Source: Bacteroidetes bacterium RIFCSPLOWO2_12_FULL_35_15 (GTDB lineage: Bacteria > Bacteroidota > Bacteroidia > 2-12-FULL-35-15). Taken from it: a stretch of DNA of 64,000 nucleotides. The DNA lies in assembly GCA_001769385.1 (NCBI GenBank), contig MEPB01000048.1, positions 21,548 through 85,547 of the forward strand. The letters run 5' to 3'. The notes beneath the pieces are model-generated. The model saw only the letters and a list, made by a program, of their open reading frames with translations, had not been told where the DNA came from and did not search any database. Below, one piece after another: positions 57,660-64,000 of the stretch. How positions within the stretch are numbered: position 1 is the first letter of the stretch; the number at the start of each line of letters is the position of its first letter. The position numbers and the translations under genes are program-made.

Positions 57660-58679
57660 TCACCCTGTTGCTTTCAGCACCATTTTTTTTAATGCTTCGA
57701 TCCATTTAGGCGAATCGTTCAAACTTTCTACCAATTGAATTTTTTCTCCACCATTAGCTTTGAAAATTTCATTGTATTCGGTGCCGATCTCATAAATGGT
57801 TTCTAAGCAATCAGCAACAAAAGCCGGGGAGAAAACAAGCATTTTCTTTTTGCCTTCTTTCGCTTTTTGTGCAATTACTTTATCGCTGTATGGCTTTATC
57901 CACATGTCATCCAAACGTGATTGAAATGAAGTTTCATATTTCCCTTCGGGAATATTCAAACGTTTTACTAATTGCCGCGTGGTTTCAAAACAATTTGCCC
58001 GGTAACAGTATTGATTATTTTCTGTGATGGAATTACAACAATCACCAAAATTACAGGTATTGTCACCGTAATGAGCTGCTCCTTTGTTTATATGTCGTTC
58101 GGGTAAACCGTGATAACTGAAAATAAAATAATCATACTCCGTTTGATCGTATTTTTTTGCAACTTCTACACAAGCATCTATAAAATCAGGGTTGTCGTAA
58201 AATTTAGAAATTACTTCAAATGATGGCGTTACTTCCCATTTGCTGATAATTCGTAATGCCTCTGCTACAGATGAACCGGTACTGGAGGAAGCATATTGTG
58301 GATACAAAGGGATCATAATTATTTTTTCAACCTTTGCTTCGCGTAAATTAGATAATGCGGATTCCATATCCGGACTTTGATAACGCATTCCTAATTCAAC
58401 AACAAATCCATCACCCAATTCTTTTTGTAATAATGCTTTTACTTTATTTCCATACATCAACAATGGAGAACCCACTTTTGTCCAGATATGCTTATACAAT
58501 TTTGCAGATTTTGGCGAACGAAAGGGAACAATAATTCCATTTACCAATAAAAAACGTCCTAGGGGATTTATGTCAATGACACGGGGATCATTTAAAAATT
58601 GTGATAAATATTTTCTGACATCTGATGTTTTCGGACTGTCGGGAGTTCCTAAATTAATTAATAGTACGCCTGTTTTCAT
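57660..58679 (-). CDS. hemH: Ferrochelatase
   Basis: LLINLGTP, GSPL, MRY, PLYPQYASSSTGS, FSYHGLP, SFQSR and FVADCLETIYEI. Confidence 0.96.
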   Translation of the reverse strand: MKTGVLLINLGTPDSPKTSDVRKYLSQFLNDPRVIDINPLGRFLLVNGIIVPFRSPKSAKLYKHIWTKVGSPLLMYGNKVKALLQKELGDGFVVELGMRYQSPDMESALSNLREAKVEKIIMIPLYPQYASSSTGSSVAEALRIISKWEVTPSFEVISKFYDNPDFIDACVEVAKKYDQTEYDYFIFSYHGLPERHINKGAAHYGDNTCNFGDCCNSITENNQYCYRANCFETTRQLVKRLNIPEGKYETSFQSRLDDMWIKPYSDKVIAQKAKEGKKKMLVFSPAFVADCLETIYEIGTEYNEIFKANGGEKIQLVESLNDSPKWIEALKKMVLKATG

Positions 58680-58722
58680 TTAATGTGATAGTTTTAATTC
58701 ATATGGTTTGAAGAATAAATTT

Positions 58723-58931
58723 AACCACATAGAAACATAGTTTTTACTTGGTTGTTAAGTTATTCATAGCATTCTGACACAAAGGCTAAACAAATGTGTA
58801 CAACACATTTGATCCCTATTTAAAATTATTGCAGTTCATAAAATTAAGTTTATATCTATGTTGAAAATTCATTTTCTATGTAACAAATAATTATTCACTT
58901 TTTTAATGGTGAACTATGTTTCTATGTGGTT
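58723..58931. repeat. 209-bp element bounded by perfect 20-bp inverted repeats (AACCACATAGAAACATAGTT)
   Basis: 58723-58742 and 58912-58931 are exact reverse complements; partial internal copies (tctatgt) at about 58855 and 58875. Confidence 0.85.
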
Positions 58932-58947
58932 CAATAATTCAATAGTT

Positions 58948-60564
58948 TCATTTTTTTATAATCTTAAAGCGAATCATCATCGAAAAGATAATTAAGAGTA
59001 ACGATACATACATTGCATATCTTCCAAAATAATCTCCGTAACGTGTATAAAAAGTAATCTCATTGCTTAACTGAATCCGTTGACTGATAACAGCAGGGGT
59101 CCACCATCCGGTTGCTTGTTGTATCTCCCCCAGGGGATTGATAAAACAGGACGTGCCAGTGTTAGCAGAACGAACAACCCATCTTCTGTTTTCGATAGCC
59201 CGTAATGTTCCATATTTTAAATGTTGTTTATAGCCCGGTGTGTCGCCCCACCAGCCATCATTGGTGATGATAGCAATAAATTGTGCACCATTCTGAACAT
59301 ACTTACTTACAAACTCACCAAATAAACTTTCATAACAAATAACAGGAGCCGATTTTATTGAATCGTCTGAAGAAGTGAAAACGGTGCGTTCTGTTTGAGT
59401 ACCCAAACTTCCAATAGTGCCGCCCATATCGAGCGCAAATTTTTCAAGTGGTTTGAACAAAGCCGGGAATGGCATCCGCTCCACACCGGCCACTAATTGT
59501 GATTTGTGATAAATTTGTATGCGACCACTGTTATCCAGTTGCAATGCCGTGTTGTAAGCATCGTAATAGGTATTTGAGCCTGAAAATTTACGTGCAGTTG
59601 CCGATAATTTTTCATCCACCTGAAACGCTTTTGCAGTAGAAGCCCCGGTTATGATCTTTAATTTTGGAAACTGTTTTAAGAATTGTTGTATAGTGAGTAT
59701 GCTACTGCTTTGCTTCAGTTGATTCTCCCATAGTTCTTCTGTAAGTGCGGTTTCCGGGAAAACCAGAAAATCAGTTGTTGAATCTGTTTTTTGCGCAGCG
59801 AGCTGCAACATTTTAGTTAATTGCTCTTCATAAGATCCGGTAAATTTTTCATTGTAAGGGTCAATATTCGGCTGAACAATGACAACTTGTATTCCCCCTT
59901 TTAAAAATTTATTTTGAAAAAAAGAAATAACAGTTGATGCTGCAACAGGAATAATAAGAACAGCAGCCAATGCAACTAACTGATACCTGATACCCGATAC
60001 CTGATGTCCGATACCTGATACCTGGTATTTTTTATAGATCTCAAATACCAATGCATTAATAACCAAGATCCATAAACTTCCGCCAAGCATTCCGGTATAT
60101 TCATACCATTGAATTAAATTGGGTGTATCTGCAAAAGCATTACCAAGAGTAAGCCAGGGCCAGGACAGTTCGCCATCCAGGTGCCAGTATTCAAATGCCA
60201 GAAAAAAACAGACAAATGCGAAGCTTCCCCATTTTTCGCCAATACGTTTTTTTACCTGATGAAAAAATAAAAATGGAATCGACATTAAAATGGAATTGCC
60301 AATAAAAGCCAATACTGCACCACCAAAAGATGCATTTTTTATCCACCAGGTCGCAACAAGGTTCCAGGTGAGAAATGTAAGGAAAGCACAAACAAAAATA
60401 GTAAGAGATTTGTTTTTCAAGGGGTTTTTGAAAACCGATTGTTCAACTATTAACAAAGGAACAAAAGCTATAAATAACAGAGGAGCCAAACCTGTTGGAA
60501 TCCACGAAAGGCCTAAAAGCAGACCGCTTACTAATGAAAGGGATAAAAGTTGAAGTGTTTTCAC
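58948..60564 (-). CDS. lnt: Apolipoprotein N-acyltransferase
   Basis: TM N-terminus, WPWLTLG, VQPNI, FPET (Glu), YHKSQLV (Lys), ICYES (Cys), TNDGWW and RSANTG. Confidence 0.93.
   Translation of the reverse strand: MKTLQLLSLSLVSGLLLGLSWIPTGLAPLLFIAFVPLLIVEQSVFKNPLKNKSLTIFVCAFLTFLTWNLVATWWIKNASFGGAVLAFIGNSILMSIPFLFFHQVKKRIGEKWGSFAFVCFFLAFEYWHLDGELSWPWLTLGNAFADTPNLIQWYEYTGMLGGSLWILVINALVFEIYKKYQVSGIGHQVSGIRYQLVALAAVLIIPVAASTVISFFQNKFLKGGIQVVIVQPNIDPYNEKFTGSYEEQLTKMLQLAAQKTDSTTDFLVFPETALTEELWENQLKQSSSILTIQQFLKQFPKLKIITGASTAKAFQVDEKLSATARKFSGSNTYYDAYNTALQLDNSGRIQIYHKSQLVAGVERMPFPALFKPLEKFALDMGGTIGSLGTQTERTVFTSSDDSIKSAPVICYESLFGEFVSKYVQNGAQFIAIITNDGWWGDTPGYKQHLKYGTLRAIENRRWVVRSANTGTSCFINPLGEIQQATGWWTPAVISQRIQLSNEITFYTRYGDYFGRYAMYVSLLLIIFSMMIRFKIIKK
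59981..60029. repeat. Heptamer tandem repeat (TGATACC x6 + 1 degenerate) inside lnt
   Basis: tgatacc tgatacc cgatacc tgatgtc cgatacc tgatacc tggtatt; encodes YQVSGIGHQVSGIRYQ. Confidence 0.9.
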
Positions 60565-60580
60565 ATTAAAAAATTACGGA

Positions 60581-60588
60581 CAAAGATA
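60581..60588 (-). promoter_or_regulatory. Putative -7 box (TATCTTTG) for lnt
   Basis: TAnnTTTG consensus 17 bp upstream of the start. Confidence 0.45.
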
Positions 60589-60594
60589 ATAAAA

Positions 60595-61212
60595 TCACTG
60601 TTCGTTTGAGGGAACTAAATATTTTGGAATACCCCATTTGCCAACCCATTCATTCATCAGAATTTTTTTTCCATCATTTCTGAGAAAATTTCCTTCCTCA
60701 TCTTTTTTTATAATATATAACTTTCCTTCTTTCAGAGCTGTTAACACCTCATTTTGAATTATCGGTGGAGGTGTTTTTTTGCAATTATCAAGTAATGAAA
60801 TTCCGACCTCATTGTTTTTCTTATCCATTTCGGAACTTACTGAATCAGGTAATATGCTATCTTCCAATTCCTGTTTTTTATATTGTAAAAAATTTCCTCT
60901 CTCATGTGCGATCCCAAGTTTTCTTGCTTTTCTTTTACCTATTTCAGAACTTAAGAAAGCCATCCAATAGGCGTGTTTAAATGCATCCAGCTTCCCTCCA
61001 TTGTTGTCGATACCTATTATTTTTACTTGTTTGATGGAGTCAACAATTTTTTGAACATCCTGTGTAATGTGAAATGCTTTTTTTGCAACAAAGGGATGTG
61101 CGAATACCCAGACTTTTTCCGGGCACGACAGTTTTGAAAATTTAGATTGAGCAAATATCGTATTTGTCAGTCCGAAACAAATTAGTAATATAGTAGAAGT
61201 TAAGCCTTTCAC
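60595..61212 (-). CDS. Hypothetical exported protein (DUF6973-like DAFxHAYW motif)
   Basis: GGKLDAFKHAYWMA...AHE...MD..NN.VG motif; signal peptide. Confidence 0.7.
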   Translation of the reverse strand: MKGLTSTILLICFGLTNTIFAQSKFSKLSCPEKVWVFAHPFVAKKAFHITQDVQKIVDSIKQVKIIGIDNNGGKLDAFKHAYWMAFLSSEIGKRKARKLGIAHERGNFLQYKKQELEDSILPDSVSSEMDKKNNEVGISLLDNCKKTPPPIIQNEVLTALKEGKLYIIKKDEEGNFLRNDGKKILMNEWVGKWGIPKYLVPSNEQ

Positions 61213-61257
61213 ATAAATAGATTTAAGCTAAATTTATAAAATATTAATTTCATATTA

Positions 61258-62721
61258 ATGAAACAATTTTTATTAAAAGAAAAAATTCCTGCCATTACCT
61301 GGATCATTTATCTGATCATCACATTTATTGCGGTTTTTTTTCATGAAGCAAATAGGGATGAGGCACAGGCCTGGCTTATTGTAAGGGATCTGAACATTGG
61401 AGAAATATTTTCGCAACTCAATGTAAAAGGACATCCGGGTTTATGGTATCTGATCCTGCTTCCATTTGCAAAATTAGGATTTCCATACATTACAATGCAC
61501 CTGATCCATTGGTTAATTATGTCAATTGCAGTTGGAATATTTTTATATAAAGCACCATTAAATTTTTATACAAAACTGTGCTTTGTTTTCTCGTATTATA
61601 TAGTATTTGAATATACTATTATTGCCAGAAACTATGGATTAACTGTTTTAATTTTATTCCTGATCGCAGCTTTTTATAAATACCGATTTACTTCTCCCTA
61701 TAAATATGCGCTATTAGTTTTATTATTATTGAATTGTAATGTTCATTCCATTGGTGCGGGTATCGCTTTGTTAATAGTATATATAGCCGAAGTAAAAAAA
61801 GAAGGTCTGATAAGTAAATTAAAATTCCCGATCATAATTATAGTTGCAGGTTTCTTCGCAGCAATTATTCAATTGATCCCATCAGCACATTTATCACATG
61901 ATGTAACTATACATGCTGATTATCTCCCTCTTCTGAATATAAATTCCATTTGGGTCACAACCACCGGTATTCAAAATGCATTTATTCCAATAACACCTGA
62001 ATACGAGGAATTAAAAGTTGCTTTGTTTTTTACTTTTGTTTTCGTTCTCTTCTTATTTAATTTCTATAAAACAAAACAGATTTTTACCTTTTTACTTATT
62101 TCCAGTTTGTGGTTGTTTTACATATTCTCTACAAAGCTGTCCGGCTCCTGGAGACATGAAGGACTATTACTCATTTTTATTGTTTTTTCAATATGGATCA
62201 ATTCCTATTATCAGAACAATAATAAGCCGGAAGAGATACGATCTAAAATAGATAATTTTTTAAAAATATTTTTAACATTGGCTCTTTGTATCAATACCAT
62301 ATTTGGCTTAAGTACTATAAAAAAAGAAATTCAGAATAATTTTTCCGGAACAAAAGAACTCTCCGAATTCATTATTCAAAATCACCTGGAAAATAATGAT
62401 ATTGCTTGTTATCGTTCCTGGAGAGCATCAGGCATATCTCCTTATTTACCTAAAACTCATTTATGGTTTATCGACAGGCAGGAGTATGGAACCTATTTTA
62501 TTTTGGATTCGATATTCCAAAAAAAAGGCGATGCATTAACGGAGGAAGAGGTCTTATCAATCACAAAAAGTAAATATAAGGAAGTGTTACTATTATTGAA
62601 TGAACCATTATTAAAGGGGAACGACAATAGTTTTAATTCTGTTTTATTATTTAATACTAAAAAAATGAATTGGGGAACTGACGATGAGATCTTTTATTTA
62701 TACAAAATAAAGTTCGACTAA
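61258..62721 (+). CDS. Polytopic membrane protein, probable GT-C fold glycosyltransferase
   Basis: HEANRDEAQAW...GHPGLWY and EY.IIARNY motifs; about 11 TM segments. Confidence 0.7.
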   Translation: MKQFLLKEKIPAITWIIYLIITFIAVFFHEANRDEAQAWLIVRDLNIGEIFSQLNVKGHPGLWYLILLPFAKLGFPYITMHLIHWLIMSIAVGIFLYKAPLNFYTKLCFVFSYYIVFEYTIIARNYGLTVLILFLIAAFYKYRFTSPYKYALLVLLLLNCNVHSIGAGIALLIVYIAEVKKEGLISKLKFPIIIIVAGFFAAIIQLIPSAHLSHDVTIHADYLPLLNINSIWVTTTGIQNAFIPITPEYEELKVALFFTFVFVLFLFNFYKTKQIFTFLLISSLWLFYIFSTKLSGSWRHEGLLLIFIVFSIWINSYYQNNNKPEEIRSKIDNFLKIFLTLALCINTIFGLSTIKKEIQNNFSGTKELSEFIIQNHLENNDIACYRSWRASGISPYLPKTHLWFIDRQEYGTYFILDSIFQKKGDALTEEEVLSITKSKYKEVLLLLNEPLLKGNDNSFNSVLLFNTKKMNWGTDDEIFYLYKIKFD

Positions 62722-62760
62722 GGGGCTGTTTAATATTTCAATTGCATAAATTGTATGATC

Positions 62761-63035
62761 TGTCATTTCGAACGTAGAGAGAAATCTCATTTTATGATAA
62801 TTACATTGAGAATCTTTCGGACTTTATCCTGAGCAAAGTTGAAGGGTTCAACATGACAGGATGGTTACAATAAACTTGATATAGATCTTGCTTCTTATTC
62901 AAATGGATTTTATTTGTATAAAATATTTGTAATACCATTTGCCATTATAAAATGGTCTAATTTGAATTGCCGGGCACGTTTCTCGACTCCGTTCGAAATG
63001 ACTAGCGCGCAGTCATTTCGAGCGGAGTCGAGAAA
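62761..63035. repeat. REP-like hairpin elements
   Basis: TGTCATTTCGAACG...CATGACA (62761-62858) and a back-to-back IR TTTCTCGACTCCGTTCGAAATGACT / AGTCATTTCGAGCGGAGTCGAGAAA (62979-63035). Confidence 0.8.
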
Positions 63036-63201
63036 GTGTGCAGGAGAAAATTTTGGACTATAATATATTTAGAATTAGTATAAATGGAGAACTCACAGAT
63101 TATAAAAAATTGGTTATTAGTAAATAGGTTTAATTACAAGGCGCTTTAAAAATCTAAAAATGGAAAGTTTTACTAAAATATTAAAAAGCTTCTAAAACAT
63201 A

Positions 63202-63999
63202 TTATCTCATCAGATACATTTTGCCCCAGCCTTTTTTGAAATATTGATCCGCATCTGTCTGGCGCTTCTCAATGTCTTCACCATTCAATTTTGTAATTAC
63301 CCGGTAAAGGTAAACACCATTGGCTAGCCGATCTCCAAACTCATCTCTTCCATCCCAGGCGTAATCTGTAATATTTCTACCCACATGTATGGCACCAATT
63401 TCATCCTGAAAAATTTCACGAACTACTTTTCCGGTGATGGTCATAATTTGTATCTTAAAATTGCTTGGCTGTTCCGAGCCTGTTAATGTAAATACAAAAT
63501 GGGTAGCTGTTGAAAACGGATTAGGATAATTCATCACCTCGGTAATGCTTGCTTTATTTATTATTTCGAAACTGATCTTATAATCTATAGCTCCTGATTG
63601 ATTACCTGATTTATCCTTCGCCTGAACAATTAATTGATACGTTCCATCTTGTGAATAGGCAGGAGTATAATTTATTTTACAACTGTTATTAGGTAATACC
63701 GCAGGGATGAACGTTAAGATAGTACTAAAATAAATACGTTGTGCAACGCTATTTGAAGGAGTTTGTATAAAAAGTTTAAAATCGCTGGTGTCGTTCAATG
63801 CTAAAAATTGATTTTCATCTTTTAGCTTTATTAAAATATTTGGTTTTGCAGATACGATATCATTATTCAAAATATGTACTCCGTCAAAGGTAACATCTAA
63901 CAAAGGATTGATCTTATCAGCGGCAACATTAAATGGAATCCGGATAATGTTATTAAAATGATATTGTTCCAGTTGCGAACGTGTTTGATTGATTGGATT
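63202..63999 (-). CDS. C-terminal part of a large T9SS protein (C25/PorU-like, FlgD-Ig CTD), 5' end beyond window
   Basis: The open frame continues to the window edge (NPINQTRSQLEQYHFNN...DKINPLLDVTFDG); NYPNPFST and WDGRDEFGDRLANGVYLY. Confidence 0.8.
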   Translation of the reverse strand, partial: NPINQTRSQLEQYHFNNIIRIPFNVAADKINPLLDVTFDGVHILNNDIVSAKPNILIKLKDENQFLALNDTSDFKLFIQTPSNSVAQRIYFSTILTFIPAVLPNNSCKINYTPAYSQDGTYQLIVQAKDKSGNQSGAIDYKISFEIINKASITEVMNYPNPFSTATHFVFTLTGSEQPSNFKIQIMTITGKVVREIFQDEIGAIHVGRNITDYAWDGRDEFGDRLANGVYLYRVITKLNGEDIEKRQTDADQYFKKGWGKMYLMR

Positions 64000-64000
64000 T

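Noticed and set aside
63202-63903. Complete 233-aa gene
   Set aside because: The frame stays open to the window edge, so this is the C-terminus of a longer gene.
1-64000. tRNA, rRNA, cas, integrase or reverse transcriptase genes
   Set aside because: None recognised by eye; a tRNAscan-SE/Infernal run would be needed to exclude small RNAs formally.

Overview
AT-rich chromosomal window from a Bacteroidota bacterium, as shown by T9SS cargo CTDs, a PorP/SprF gene and TAnnTTTG promoter boxes. It carries housekeeping genes (pyrC fragment, acs, proC, hflX, pdxA-yceD-rpmF-plsX-fabH-accB-accC, hemH, lnt) and many T9SS-secreted proteins: an M43 protease, a heme-c/copper-monooxygenase fusion, a 2570-aa repeat adhesin with porP, a broken C-type-lectin/PKD adhesin and a C25-like C-terminus. 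An accessory block at ~21.5-29.5 kb contains a frameshifted RAYT/Y1 transposase. The most striking unexplained structure is a small GxxExxY (PD-(D/E)XK-like) nuclease gene sitting between two co-oriented amidohydrolase genes. It has one upstream repeat copy and five tandem ~99-bp inverted copies downstream, with a 42-bp perfect inverted match. A gene-less element of the same repeat family and polarity (1 inverted copy + 8 tandem ~92-bp units) lies 5 kb away. This suggests a nuclease-plus-repeat-array element with autonomous and non-autonomous forms. Other oddities are an archaeal-type asparagine synthetase paired with asnC, repeats inserted in frame in lnt and in an amidohydrolase, and a 327-bp duplication of the porP 3' end whose differences are mostly synonymous. 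No rRNA, tRNA, CRISPR array or cas genes were recognised. All protein family calls come from motif recognition by eye, not database searches.
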